Part shown: one piece after another, positions 22,801 to 36,680 of the stretch
Position numbering within the stretch: position 1 is the first letter of the stretch
Layout of the letters: each line of letters opens with the position of its first letter
From: Phallusia mammillata
Lineage: Eukaryota
DNA: 64,000 nucleotides
Assembly (NCBI GenBank): GCA_965637545.1
Contig: OZ281494.1
Location: 17,546,001 to 17,610,000, forward strand
Direction of reading: 5' to 3'
Notes under the pieces: model-generated
Seen by the model: only the letters and a program-made list of their open reading frames with translations
Databases searched by the model: none
Told to the model about the DNA's origin: nothing
Position numbers and translations under genes: made by a program

Positions 22801-25800
22801 GCATATTTCCAAAATGTTTCCGAATTCGAACCACAGGGCTTTTTAAGCCAATCACAAAGGCGGGTTTTCCCGGGTCATGTGAATTTGTAACCAATCAGCC
22901 TAGTCGAATTATTGAACCAATCAGACGACAGCTTGCGTAGTAACCAGTCAATCTGCCTTGAGTTACAATATTTGAAAGTTAAGGTTGTGCGTGGTTTTAT
23001 CATTGTATTACTAAAATATAAGCATTTTAAAAGGCATTTTTAATAATTAATTACAAGCTTTTTTGTAAATAATCATCTGATATTGTTAAGTGGATTCCCT
23101 GCAGCAAATGGTGGAACTTGGAGAAAAATTACAGTATTAACAAAAGGAAATAAAGTAATGGTTTTTAGATTGACCTTACAATCAGCAAAAGAATGGGACG
23201 AGTGGCTTAAGTCTTTTTGTGTAGTTTCTATTACTAGCTGAAATGTATACAAAACATTTCTCAACCCTAAAATATTTTGGGGAAACCTTTAAATGCCATC
23301 TTAATCAGTTTTGCCAAAATGAAGCTGGTGTATCAAATTCAACACTTTGTGTCCTGTGTCTACGGATGTTAAGATCAAACTTTACACCAAGTCAACTAAA
23401 CGTCACATAAGTTGGTTTCTACTCATCCATGTATAGTAAGTTTGGCAGTTAACCACAATCACTTGCTTAAAGCTGCCGGAAACCTTGGTTAGCTAAAGAT
23501 CAGTGAATCTACAAAAAAGATTTTCTTCATGTATTTTCGGCAATGATTGTCAGTGTCTCAAACATTACAAACCCATGAGACAAAGTTGCTTGTTACAGAT
23601 GGAATAAATGCAGTCACTAATAACTGCCATAATCCAAAACCCTGCTCTGTGTACCATCTCTGGGATCATTGGCGTAAATGTAACTTTGGGGCATAAAGTG
23701 GTATAAATTTGTTTTGTGCTATACAGAAGTATGCTGAAGAATCTGAGGCTAAGATCCGCTTTGTTATGTTTGTGCCATTGTAAGGCCGATCATGGAAAGA
23801 ATCCACAAAATGATGTTACAATCTTCTGACATAGTGTTTGTGGCTTCTACAACCAATCTAGATCAGACTAATGTCTCACTTACAGTCCTGTGATGTGGTA
23901 GTCCAATTGGGGATGTATCAGGGATCAGCACCTCAGAAGCAAATGTATGCAGGCGTTGCATTGGGGCAGGAGCATGCACCATCTGTGAAATTCTTTAGTG
24001 ATTTGGCCACTACACATCTACATAAGATCATGGTGGCTGTTCAAATGCCATGGAAAACAATCCAACCACTTCATTATCTGATAGCATTGCTGGACCATCA
24101 CATAAACCATTGACTGAATGTCCGGACTACACTGCAGAGAACTTTTCTTAAATTTAATAGTGTTCTGAGTTTATAAAGACCAAGCACTCTAGTGACTTTA
24201 ATTAAAAGGAAACTAAAAAAGTATTAGAAACAAATAAGATCAGCACTTCATTCATTTGGAATTGGCAGCCGCAATGCTGGGAGCAAAATACATTGTTTTT
24301 TTTGGTACTGACATTAAAATTATATATTTTCTTGGTATGGTTGGTACAAAAAATTCATTTCCTTTTGTGTTTTACTTTTTTTCCTGCAGCTTTTCCATGC
24401 ATTTTTGTATAAATTGTTAAATGGTCTTGGATAAAATTGTTACTGCTGGTAGATATCATATTGCTTACTATTGTTGCCTAATTTGGTTTGTAGATTGGGG
24501 CAATTGGCTTTTGATTAATTTATTGGATTGTAGGTTGGGCTATTTGCTATTCCAGAACCTGCATGGATGCATAATTATATTTGTTGTTTAACAATTAGAA
24601 TTTACTTTTCCATGCTCCAAAGTGATTACCTATAGCTTAGTGTGCCTTAAGCCACCAGAGCTTAGGCCTGTAAGTCTGGAATCAAGGAAGAGCAGTTGCG
24701 CTGCCAAAACAAATAAAACCTTGAGAAGGGATGGACTACAGGAAAAGGCAGGGCAGATCGGAGACATCAAGCACTCCAAGTTAAAGGGCATTTGCTTGAC
24801 ATTTAGCTATTACTAAAGTTATTGTACTAGTAAACATATTGACTATCATGGAGAATGTGATACCAATAGATTATCATTGGATCTACTTTATAGAACTGTG
24901 TTGACCGATTATTTTTAACTGTGGTTACTGCATGCACAATAAACAAACTTTTGTAGGACTGTTGAAATGAGTGATATAATGTTTTAATTTAGGTACAACT
25001 GTTTTCTTCCATATAAAGAGTTGCAAATAAATAAACTAATGTAAACCATGAAGGAAAATAAATAGCCTGTGTAGCAAGGTCAAGACAAACTAATTTAACT
25101 TGCTGACAAATAAGACTGGTCATATAAAGTGCTGTCAATAGCCAAGCTTGCTAACCCTAATTTAGAGCATTGTAAGTAAAAAGGTGTTTTGTTTCATACA
25201 TGAGATTGCAAATAAAAAAAAACTGGTGTAAACAAGAAAAGATAAAATAACTGAGAAAAAGCTGCTCACATCAGGTGAGATGAGGAAAATAAATTTCTGA
25301 CACAGCTGCATAGCTGTTTTTAGGTGGTAGCTATTCTGTACAACATTTTTTTGGGACTATTATCATTCCAATGTCACAAGAAAAACAATAAATATGCTAG
25401 CACAAGTAAATCTTCTCATAATTTATTTTATACTGTAGTCGTTTTTTTTAAATCCTGCATTGGCTCTCAAGCACACTACTTCAATTTGCTATTTCACGAT
25501 CACCTGTTTTATTCCAGCATGCACAATAAAATAACATATACATTGGTGGCACAGAACAACATTCAAAACTGAAAATACTGGGAGTTGTTTGGAACAACTA
25601 TGCAAATGGTGTGCCTAGTGTACACTTATGTCAGAACTGCACTGTGTACAATTATTTTTTTTCAATAATAATTACAATAATAATATTATTCATTATTTTT
25701 TTTAAACCATTCATTTCTGTAGGTTAGGAACAGTTTGTTGATCCCAAGGTATGGCATGCATAATGTGTTAAATTGCGTTGATCATAGGTGCTTGCACTAG

Positions 25801-26322
25801 AGACAATGAGGCATAATACACTATTTTATGCCATGCAAACTTGCCTGCATGCAGTGCTCATCATATACAAAGTAAAATTTTGACATTGATTGATTGAAGG
25901 GGATGCGTTGCTATCCTAAACAAACACATACCATTAATAATAGAAAATATTTTGCACAAAATCTATTTCAGACTTAATAAAAAGTATGAGTGTATAATTT
26001 ATCATTTATGAAGCATATATTGCACAAAAGTGATTTTACACTCAATAAAAATTATGTGTGTATAATTTACTGCTATACATAAGCTAATAAACATTACCTT
26101 CAGTTCAAACATCCAAAATGTATCAGTCTTCACCATGTTCTGACTTGTAAAAACGTTTTTTTGAATCAAAACTGACATAAAACTTGCAACGTCGACAATA
26201 CTGAAGTCAAAATAACCGCTTAGCAACCTAGACGTGACGTAACGGCAACCCGCAGATTTCCGCTGCTGTGATTGGCTTAAAAAGCCCTGTGGTTCGAATT
26301 CGGAAACATTTTGAAAATATGC
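22801..26322 (+). mobile_element. Mutator-like (MULE) DNA transposon with decayed transposase
   Basis: 56-bp TIRs (22801-22856 / 26267-26322, 1 mismatch) and 9-bp TSD GCGCGGAAC. Plus-strand remnants at ~23300-24110 (HNHLLKAA, NPKPCSVYHLWDHWRKCNFG, IVRPIMERIH..IVFVAST) contain stops; the first catalytic Asp appears to be replaced by Ala. Confidence 0.85.
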
Positions 26323-26651
26323 GCGCGGAACGTCACACGAGGGGAAATTGAAACGCGTTTCCTTTCGCCTCTGTATTTGACCTTTTTACAAATTTACAAC
26401 ACCTATCTTTGTGGAACCTTTGTTAGAGGCATTTCCAACTCACAGAAACTACAATAACATATCAAACACACGAGAACATACATTAGTGTCAGCGTCTTTG
26501 AACAGTAAATACGTTTTTGGATCAATATTTTATTGAAAACATTGAACAGCGAACTTTAACACAAAAATCAGCACAACGTTGATCAAAATAATCTTCTAAT
26601 TTCGTTCTGTTTATCTGGAATTATTTTCTTAACAAATGACATGTTAGAAAC

Positions 26652-27133
26652 TAGTGATGTACCGAATCGGCGAAATTTCGGTTCGGCCGAAACCTAATAT
26701 TCGGCGGTTTTGCCGAATAAATTCGGCCGAATCAACCGAATCATTTATGACGTCACGCAAGGTCGTAAGCTACGCGTTTGACATGAAAACACAAGTTTAT
26801 TTACTTGACACTTAGTGCAGAATGGTTGCGTTTCGTCTGCATCTTAGTTCTGTGGGGTTTAACATTGTCTCAAGCATGATTGCCAACCCGACAATGAATT
26901 ACCGATTTTTTGTCTGCAGTGGGAAAAGCGTCAATATGGTAAAAAATATAGTGATTGGCGCGATTTTCGTTGGTACTAAGAAGAAAGGACATGTTTAACG
27001 CTTTGAATGGGTGCTCGTAAAAGATTCGGTTTCGGCCGAATCGCACCAAATTATTCGGCCGAAACCGAATCTTTGCAAAAATGGCTGATTCGGCCGAATA
27101 AATTCGGCAAACCTAATATTCGGTACATCTCTA
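26652..27133. mobile_element. TAG-terminal hAT-type MITE (482 bp), inverted relative to 15445
   Basis: TIR TAGTGATGTACCGAA / TTCGGTACATCTCTA; perfect TSD TTAGAAAC. Confidence 0.9.
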
Positions 27134-27324
27134 TTAGAAACTTTTCCGAGTTAAGTATTTAACCGGACTGTTTTGGCACATAGAAATCTGTTTAAAATTG
27201 TCGAAATTGTCCCGATTAACCGGATTTGTTAATTAGGCGGATTGCAATTAACCGTTTTGGTCTACATTCTGTTTATATCTGCTCTCCTGTTGCAGTTTGT
27301 TTCCAGTATGACAAGATCAGGACT

Positions 27325-29372
27325 GTTGAGTTGAGTTGAGTTGAGTTTATTTCGCCGGGCAAAATCGTAGCAGCACAATTGGGCTAAAATATTCACCAGG
27401 CCGGAAATAGCTGCGCAACGTTCAGACGTTAAAAAGCGCGACAAAGATGAGGGTACAATTGGTGGAGGGATGGAAGACGCGCTGCAGCTACACCGTTATT
27501 ATAAGCGTTATTTGACGGGGACTCACATCAGAGGGTGAGGTTGGCGCATTTGGACATCGAGACTGGGGGGGGCAACGTTGGTGGAACCAGTCAAGTTGGG
27601 ACCTAAAAGCTAACCACCCGTGTTAGGGAAAGAGGGTGGGGTTCAACAGGAAAAGAAACCACCCAAAGAAACCCTGTTGGATAGTTTCAGGCGCCGGAAG
27701 AAAGGGTGCAGCACAAAACTCAGTGACGATTTTAAACAGTACTAAAAAAAAAAAAAAAAAAATTGGCACAAAAAGTACAAACAGATAAATAAACAAATAA
27801 CAAATAAACAAAGTAAAATAACATTAAAAATGAGTCTATGAGTTGTCGCGTCTCAGAGAGGGGTTCAGGGCTTCAGGAGTGGTCCATTTCCTAGCCAGTT
27901 GCAGCTGCCTGTGGAAACAACTGCAGCAAATTATCTGTTCATGCAACTACCAGACATTAGCACACTTGCAAGTAGTTAGGTTAGTTCACACAGCACGCGG
28001 TGCATGATAAGTTTAAACAGTTTCAAAGTGAAATAAAGTGCAAGTCACCACAACAAAGACGTGCAAAGACAAACCCACACACACACATACGCGCGCACGC
28101 GCTGAAGTGCAATAACAGTTAAGTTTAGATAAACTTTACTGGTAACAACCAGTTGAATTTGTAGTTTGCGTTACTTACAACAGGAAAATTTGTTAGTAGA
28201 AGTGATACTATAGTGACAGTGAATAATGTTAAAAAGCGGTCATTGTACAGTCATCAACAACACAAAACACATGCAGGTTGTTTGCCACTGTATCGGACCT
28301 CGGGTGCCTACGACTAGGAGCTTTTAGAAGCAAAGTGCAGTTGTTATGATAATAATAGTAACAGGATAGTTACATAATTCACATCGGTGCTGTTAAGGTT
28401 TGTGCAAAAGATATGAAGTGAAGTGATTTGCAAACATTCTTGCGCTAGGTGCATTTCTAATTTTTTCTGGGATATTATTCCAAATCTTCGGACCCACATA
28501 TTTAATTGACTGCTGACTTTGTATTGTGCGGTAAAACGGTTTTAAGAAAGAGGAGCTGGCACGAGTGTGCATTGTTAGGTTGTTAACGTTTATGAAATTG
28601 TTGAATACATCTGGAAGTGTTTTATTATTATACTTATACATGAACAAGGAGGTTTCAAGCTCGAATAGCTCCTTGATGGAAAGCAGAGAGTTTTCCTCCA
28701 TTACTTTGGTCAGATCACTTTTATGTTTTAAGCCAAATACACATTTTAGGAATTTATGACATATATTCTGGAGTTTAGTAATTAATCTTGATTGCCCATG
28801 GTGCCAATTGGTTATGCAGTACCGTATGTGGGAAATAATTAAACAATGATACAGATTTAATAGGGCTTTTTTATTGAGAAATTGTTTTATCTTGTAAACG
28901 ATTGCCAAGTTTCTTTTACATGACGAAATCAGTTTGTTAATCTGCTTCTTCCAGGATAGCCTTTCATCCACAATTATCCCTAAAAATTTGATGGAATCTA
29001 CCTGCTCTAGTACATGGCCTTTGATTTTCACTTGAACCGGTTGACAGCTGTGGTTTTGTTGACGAAAGAGGATGGTTTTAGTTTTAGGAATGTTGAGGGT
29101 CAGTTTATTAGCAGTTAGCCAGTTATTAATATTGGACATTTCCTTGTTCGCCATACACTGTAGTGTGCTGTTGGATTTAGCTGATAATAAGATGGTTGTG
29201 TCATCAGCGAACATTGATGGCGATCCAAATTTTAGACAATTAGCAAAGTCATTTATGTAAATAATGAACAATAGGGGACCTAATTGAGACCCTTGGGGTA
29301 CGCCTAGAGGGATAGAGCACACATTTTCTGATGTGGTTCTGTTGTACACCACTTTTTGTGTGCGGCCAGATT
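27325..29372 (-). mobile_element. 5'-truncated CR1/L2-group LINE with ~1.07-kb 3' UTR and (CTCAA)n tail
   Basis: RT C-terminal half (28393-29372), long 3' UTR, then AATAAA followed by CTCAA repeats (+ strand GTTGAGTTGAG... at 27325-27345). No TSD seen. Confidence 0.8.
28393..29372 (-). CDS. Non-LTR retrotransposon reverse transcriptase, C-terminal fragment
   Basis: SGRTQKVVYN, GVPQGSQLGPLLFIIYIND, FADDT, KFLGIIVDERLSWK; ORF track 28393..29352. Confidence 0.9.
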
Positions 29373-30054
29373 ATGTCATAATTTGTTTATGGTACAAATG
29401 TAATAGTGGCAAAAAGTTTAATATGCTATAACCTGGCGATAACATTACATACAAACAAATATTGTTAGATATCTTCCAAACAACTTGGGTAACCCTTGCA
29501 AAAAATATGGAAGACTGGACTCACATGTCCAAAAATTCGATCTGGAAAAAAACATGACATCGGTATGTTATTAAATTGACTGATCATAACACTATCGCTT
29601 CTATTTGTCTCTTATATTCTTATTACATTATGCATTAAAATAACCAAAGCACCACAAGAGCATCAATGCAGTACAACACTGAATTAACATTCCTTGTTAC
29701 ACCGACTTCATAAAGAATAATTACTAGTATGGTTAAACCAATTAGTACAGTGCATGGTATTCAATGGAATTTGTTAAAGTATTTTCACACATTTTAGAAA
29801 ATGTTTTTAGCTCACATAAATTGAGATTTAAATGTGAAAAAATCTGATCTTTTACATATACATAGCTTAAGCATAAAAAAGTGAAAAGTTCTTTAAAAAA
29901 ACAGCAGATAAAAAGGCACTTATAAGAAGAAAACAAATAAATTTAACATAAGGATGAAACTACTGAAAGTAAAACCAATATATACTTAGTTAACTTTTTA
30001 CATACAACAATAAAAAAATACAAATGAGCACTAATTAATTGGTTTAAAAGGAGA

Positions 30055-31360
30055 TTACCACTCCTGCTTTTTATACACAGCCTTTTCAATTCCATCTTCC
30101 CTGTCACTATATTCCAACTTGCTCATAAATGTTGTACATTCATACTTGGGACTATTTCTTACATACTCCAAATACTCAGGACATCCAGGAAAAACAATGT
30201 TGTCAGCTGCAATTACACTTCCACTGTGAATCAAATTGCATTCTTCAAGAAGTAAAAGATCAGGTTTGTACAATTCCTTAGTGTGATCAAGAAACACAAA
30301 ATCAAAGCCAGAGATTTTTAAAGACCTGATGACATCTTGGCTACAACCACTGAGTACAGTTACTTTATTATCCATTCCTGCAAAGGTAATCATTTTTCTT
30401 GTCACTTCTACAAATGACTGGTCATTTTCAATGCTGTAGGCTACAACTTGCCATCTGCAGGTAAGGCTCGAGAAATTCTTAGTGCACTGTATCCAGCGTA
30501 ATCACCTATTTCTAGGGCAGTCTTTGGGTTGCAACTTCTTACAATTTGATCCAAATATTTCCCTTTTACATCACCAACGTTTGAAGCTCGATTTTCAAAT
30601 TTATAGCAGAAGTGGTCAATTGTGTCAATAACGTTGTCTACATCAGTGGTTCTCAACCGCCGGTCCGTGTCAACTTTCCTGCCGGTCCGCCAATATATTA
30701 CAATTTTATATCTCAATTGCAAAATGAAAGATGTTGAAGGCTTGTCCATTGATTAAAGAAATAAAATATCCCATTTTAAACTGATAGAGTTTCTCACGTT
30801 CCGTAATTTGCAGCATTGTGGCGTAAGACAAAGTTCAGAGTCTGCTTTGGACGATGTCGTACGTCACAATGCTGTTAAGTGTGGTGTCAAAATGTTTAAA
30901 GTGCAACTCATTCAAGACCAGTTGTATCTGAAAGCTAAAGAATTTATCTTAAAAACGAATATCTTGAGCGCGGTGACCAATCAATGAAATTATTGCTGAT
31001 TTTTTGTACAATTTACCTATCTGAGAAAAGCTTTTCCTCGTTACAACACCAAACAGAGAAATCGTGTGGAAGTCAACACTCCACTTCGGCTTGCAGAAAC
31101 TTCATTCGAACCGCTTTTCACACGTGTTATATCAAACAGAGCAGCAAACTTCTCATTTTTTCATGCTTCTTTTGAATTGCGTATGTTTGTCATAATTACA
31201 ATTTGGTTTGATTTTAAAACTCCACCGGTCCGCAAAATTTGTTTTGAAAGTTTACCGGTCCGCAAACTGAAAAGGTTGAGAACCACTGGTCTACATCACC
31301 TTTTGTTGCATGTCCGCTTACATATTCCCAAATACGAGGCGGAACGCTTTTTTCACTCAT
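30055..31360 (-). pseudogene. COMT: COMT-like pseudogene, copy B
   Basis: Starts MSEKSVPPRIWEYV at 31360. Interrupted by the MITE at 30644-31288 and by a 5-bp insertion (TAGCC) at ~30437-30443 that creates a TAG and frameshift; motif I is LEIGDYAGYS. The 3' part is near-identical to copy C. Confidence 0.9.
30644..31288. mobile_element. hAT-type MITE inserted in the COMT-B coding sequence
   Basis: TIR CAGTGGTTCTCAACC both ends; perfect TSD GTCTACAT duplicating the COMT codons D-V-D. Confidence 0.95.
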
Positions 31361-33186
31361 TGTAGGTTCTCTGTTGATTTACGTTTAGCGTCATAAATGC
31401 TAAGTATCCTGCTAAAAATATATGGTCTGTTAACTGGATTTTCTGTCACTCCATAACGTTACAAGTACAACCTTGTGCATCTTTTTACGTCTTTGGGTTG
31501 CAGTGGTGCACAAACTGCAGGCGCGAAAACAGAATATTGCGGCCGTGTACAACTACATGTATGTTAAAACTTAAAACATATGTTTTGGTGGCCGTGTAAA
31601 CACGTGTATACAATCCATATACGAATTAAAACTTTTCCGTTGGACGCTTTGCCTTTAAACTGCTGTGGGTGGGTTATTGAGAACTATATGATGGTACATT
31701 TATTGCAATCACAAGCAAAGTGGACGTATGGCAGAGTCATAGGCATTCACAGGAGAGGTAGGCACGTGCCACATTGGTGGGTCATAGGTGGATGTGTCAA
31801 AAAACCATTATGTGATAGCTTCGCTGTGTCTGGAGTTACATTTGATGAGGTCTGATATGTAAATCTCACTTCCGTTTGCTAACGTACCACATACTTTAGT
31901 GATAGTTAATATTGTGTTTATAGTATTATTTGGCTAGGTTGGGATTGGCAATAGTGAGTAGCACTGACAATTTTTGTTCTTAAATAACGTTTTTTGTACG
32001 GCGATGTGACGATAGTTTTGCCCTCCCCTGTATTTTTTTCCTACGGACACACATGGTCTTAGTATGTGCACAATACAAATGGTGACGTCATAAACAGTTA
32101 AGAGTGATCCGTTTCGGTTACAAATCTAATACAAAGTCAGAAAACCAAATCTAATTTGGGCACAAGGAGACAGGACATTCTGATTATTTCTTTGCTACTG
32201 TAATTTGTAAACAAAAGCGGTCGTTGGTGAAACAAGCGTCTGTTTTGGGGCCTTCGAATCGGAAAAGTTGTGCATCTTCGTATTAATGCAATAGTGCCTC
32301 CTTTTTTTCTCCAAACGAAATAAACTTAATTCAATTAAAAACGTAACTAGATGTGCTTCTCGTGCTGCAATGTGCTGCGTCATGTGGCGATATTGTCACA
32401 CATGTTCGTGACAAAAAAAGCTATTCTTCCCAACGACGTTCATTAGGTGTTACGTCGGTAATCGTACCAGAGAACTGTCTTCAAAGTCGAGATATTTTTA
32501 TCAAAGTTTCCAAGATGTAGCCTGACCCAGTTGACGTTTTGGTTTTCGTTTCCTCTTTACAACTTTCCCCCAACAACACCGAAACGCCAATTCGCGAAAA
32601 AAGGAGGAAAATACCCAAATTACAACTAATAATATCATTCCATGTTTATGGAACAAGAACTTTGGGTAAAGTTAAAATAATAACTAAATATATCCTGATC
32701 ATCATATACGTTTGGCATTCTAAAAAATGTGCACATATTTACTCTTGCACAGTTCGCGTACTTTGTGCGAAAAAAAGCTCCCCATCGCGGTTCTCGGGTT
32801 TAGGGCTTGTACTGTAAGGTCCGTTCTGGTTGGGGCGAACATTTTTGGGCATGCTTACAACTCTTCAATTAACGATTAACGAGCAATGTTCCTTTATTCC
32901 AGGCAACTAACTAACAAACTGATTGTTCGGGCATAACTGGTGTTTTCTATTTTGTCTGTGATGACATAAACTGCACTATTTGTGTAATCCTTTAAATTTT
33001 GGCAAATACTCGTGATTTCGTTCTGCAATTAGGCTGTGTGCTTCCCAACCGGGGAGGAACTGAAATTTAAAACTTGAGAGAAGGAATTTACTCATTTTAC
33101 GTGTGGTTTGTAAATAGACACTTGGGCTCTGGAAATACGACCTGTAAAGTCTATAAAAATCTATATGATTCTTGTATGGTTTAACA

Positions 33187-33786
33187 CAGGGGTGGGCAAT
33201 TAATTTTTAAAAGGGGCCACATAAGAAACCTGACTTATGTTCGAGGGCCAAACCAACGATAACTTGGTTAAACTTTATTCTACATTTGAGCGTTATAATG
33301 CATATATTTATAGTTTGCATAAAAATAAGCGGGCAAATTGACATGAAAAATAACCAGTTAGCTTGCAATATTACGCTGAAATGTTAAAACCCAAAGTTTT
33401 AATTCAATTAGGTTGATCAAATTCGCGTTTAAGCTTTCCAGTTTGTAAAAATCAGATGTATGTGTTTTTCCTCAATCCCTGCTGTATTATTTTGACACAA
33501 AAGAGCACTATAGGCTTTATCGCGTAACAATGGGTTGAACAACTTGTGTTTTATAACCATTTTGACCAGCATCACACGTAGCTGTTCGCCTACGCACGTG
33601 CATCACTACGTAATAATATATATAACAAATGGCTTTTCAAAATAACAGCAAAATTGCCGTATTTCATGCATGGCATAAATAAACCTATATTGGATTGATG
33701 TTTTAATTTACTTAAACCTCACGCGGGCCGGACAGGGTCAGCCAACGGGCCGGATGTGGCCGCGGGCTGTGCAATGCCCAGGTCTG
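33187..33786. mobile_element. hAT (Charlie/Buster-like) MITE
   Basis: Termini CAGGGGTGGGCA / TGCCCAGGTCTG; perfect TSD GTTTAACA. Confidence 0.85.
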
Positions 33787-35296
33787 GTTTAACATCTACT
33801 ATGTGTAATTAGAGAGGATAAATGAAAATGTTTTGAATTGTTGAGGAAGCGATTCGTCGAAAAAGGTTGGAAACCGCTTCAATATGGTATTCGGCAAAAA
33901 TATGTCATGTTTGAACATCGAGTGCAGGAGAAAAATGCAAAGAGCTGTTATGAAAATAATAAAAAGTTTGGTAACCATCACCGCTCTATTCTCGCAGACA
34001 AAATGGTTCTAATCTTGCTGCAAACTTTACTTCAAAGAAAGTTTCAACCTAAACATGCCTAAAAGTAAGTCATCACCCTTAAACTCAGCCAGGTCAATTT
34101 TAGCTGGGCTTAATAACCACATTGCGCTTTGACAATACATAGTTGAAGTCTGTCCAGGCTTGCCAGATGGGTTTGGGCCTTTTAGGGTCACATTTGTGTG
34201 TGTTTTTTACTCCGGGCCGAAAGGCTTTTTATGAAAAAAAATGTTGACCTGCTTAATTACCACTCCGTGCTAACAGTATTTTTTGCAACTTTGGGCTATA
34301 TCTAAAATTAGGGAATGACTTTTACCTTGCATTTTTATATTTTAAACCGTAGATAGCCGATATGGCCTACAAGAAGGCTACATACCAGTCTTTTGTGCAG
34401 CTTTCTACTCTTGCTGTTTTGCAGTTAAACTCGAACATGACTATTTGCATACAGTGGGTTATTCATTTTGTAAAACAAACTTACTTTTGCCCAACATTCG
34501 ACAAAATAATAAACAGCCTTATGGCACGTACGCTCATTGCTGAAATATATGCGAGAAACTGTGTACCTGGTGCAACACTAATTGCTAAATTCCGTCCTGT
34601 GAAAACCAACCTCCTGATAATTACGCATAAAAACAGCGCACAAAACGTATGCATATGAAGCCAAATAGATTCTGTATTTTAAATGCAACGGATAGGCATC
34701 AGTTTTGCCTTTTGCACACAGGCCTTTTCGATTCAATCTTTTCTGTCACCGGAGATTTAGTACAACGTAAACAGTCTGGTTTCAACCACTGATCTCTATA
34801 ACAGTGGTTTCAACAGTGCCAAAAAGTAAAAAAAAAACAATCAAAGAACTCCCATATGTATTTTGAAATGTTTGTTTTAAAAAAAAGAGGAACGTATAAT
34901 TTTTATGAAATACTCTTGCTCATCGCCGGTTTTGCCAGCAAATGAGCAAAATTGTTATTCGGGCCGTACCAGTCTGCCGTGCTGATTATTTCATCACAGG
35001 TTACAAACTGAGGCAAGTTTTGGGGCATGATCCCTGAATTTATGTTTAGTCGCTTCTGCGATATATTAATTGTTGTGGGAATATGTTTAAAAGAAGTAAG
35101 TAGGCTATGGTTCTGATAGAGGTACACATATAGAATGTTACATGTTTATTATTTAAGTTACATGTTAGCATATACAGGTCATTCCACAAAGCGGACGTTT
35201 GAACAATTTTGATTGTCCTCCGAGGACAATTCTTGCTTCTTGTTCAGAAGCAGGACCTAACCTCAAAAAAGAAGGCTTATGGTAGGGGGTGGGTTA

Positions 35297-35644
35297 CAGT
35301 GGAGTAGCCATGGCCCCTCCCAAATTTTCAAAGTTGTATCTTGCGAAACTTTAATTTAGTGTAGTTTTGTCCCTCATCATTGTGGTTTCGTCTTTCAACT
35401 ATCATAGGAATATATAAATTAACAAAAATTACTGTTGTCACCAAGTTGTAAGCTGATAACCATGCTTTTTATGTTTATGTAGACATGGAATAAATCAATA
35501 AAGCGTTTGGCTGTCCCGTCGAACCAAAGTTTGGCAAGTCACGTGTTTGGTAAAAGCACGCCTTACGCCGAGCATTAGCAAAAAGTTGTATTAGACAGCA
35601 AACTATTTGGCCCCTCCCAAGATTTTCGTCTGCCTACGCCACTG
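35297..35644. mobile_element. CAGTGGCGTAG-family hAT-type MITE
   Basis: Termini CAGTGGAGTAG / CTACGCCACTG; TSD GTGGGTTA. Inverted relative at 51651-51918. Confidence 0.9.
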
Positions 35645-36251
35645 GTGGGTTACGACGTCCTCGTGGGAAACCGCATGCTGCCGTTTTTGCGCACCTACGT
35701 TGTGTATTTGACATAGGCCAGAAACACATCTTCTAAAGAATGGGATGTTAAAAATGTAAATTTCTTATGATGACAGTTGGCGGTTCATGCCGTAGTAAAC
35801 TAGTAACAAGTGCTCCCTATATTTGCAGATACACAAATCACTACCACTTCAAACAAAGTGTATGTACCGTAGCTCTTATGGGTGTCAAATGTGTTTTGTA
35901 TTGTAACAAAACGGACAGACATGATACCCGTCCACTCGCGCTCCCCCATTTAGATTGCGTGTCTTAGGAGGTCAAATAATTGAGTTGAACTTGCTGCTTT
36001 GGTTTGTAAGGTGTCTGGTCAGTGGTCATCCGACAACTTATTCAAATATTTACATTCTTAGTAGCAATTTTGGGTAGATCAAGTCACTTGCACTGCTGTT
36101 GTAAGATAAAAAATCAATCACAAACAAAAGTTTTCTACAGTTGCGTGCAGTATTTTCTTAAATTCTCATCACATGTATGCTTTTGTGTTTAAATTGGCTT
36201 TTATACTCTTAGTCTATATTCTAGACTAGAGTCTAAACCAGTGGTTCTTAA

Positions 36252-36680
36252 TAGTGATGCACCGAAGTTTCGGTTGGCCGAAACATTTCGGCCGAATCCG
36301 CTGTTTTCCAGTGTTTCGGTTTCGGCCCGAACTTTTTTAAAAATTCGGCCGAAACCGAACTTTTTTATTGCATTGAATTTAGGCCTTAAATTTCATTTTC
36401 GCCCATACGAAACATCAGGAACTAACTACTTGTTGTATCTATAAAATACGAGCCATGTTGTCTGCAAAATATTGGATGTTTTCTAAAGCTTATACATTGT
36501 GAAAGTGATTTTAGTTTGTCAAAATTGAGTTCTCTCGAATAAACAACGCAAGGTTTAGTTGAAAACATCCATAAGAAAGGGGATTTTAGGTTCGGCCTGA
36601 TTCGGCCTAAATTATTCGGCTTCATGGCCGAATATTCGGTTTCGGCCCGAACCTTTTTAGTCGGGTTCGGTGCATCACTA
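36252..36680. mobile_element. TAG-terminal hAT-type MITE inserted into the host's left TIR
   Basis: TIR TAGTGATGCACCGAA / TTCGGTGCATCACTA; TSD GTTCTTAA; TTCGGCCGAA repeats. Confidence 0.9.

Noticed and set aside
30441-30749. 102-aa ORF as a novel fusion protein
   Set aside because: It is a chimera of MITE sequence read into the broken COMT-B frame.
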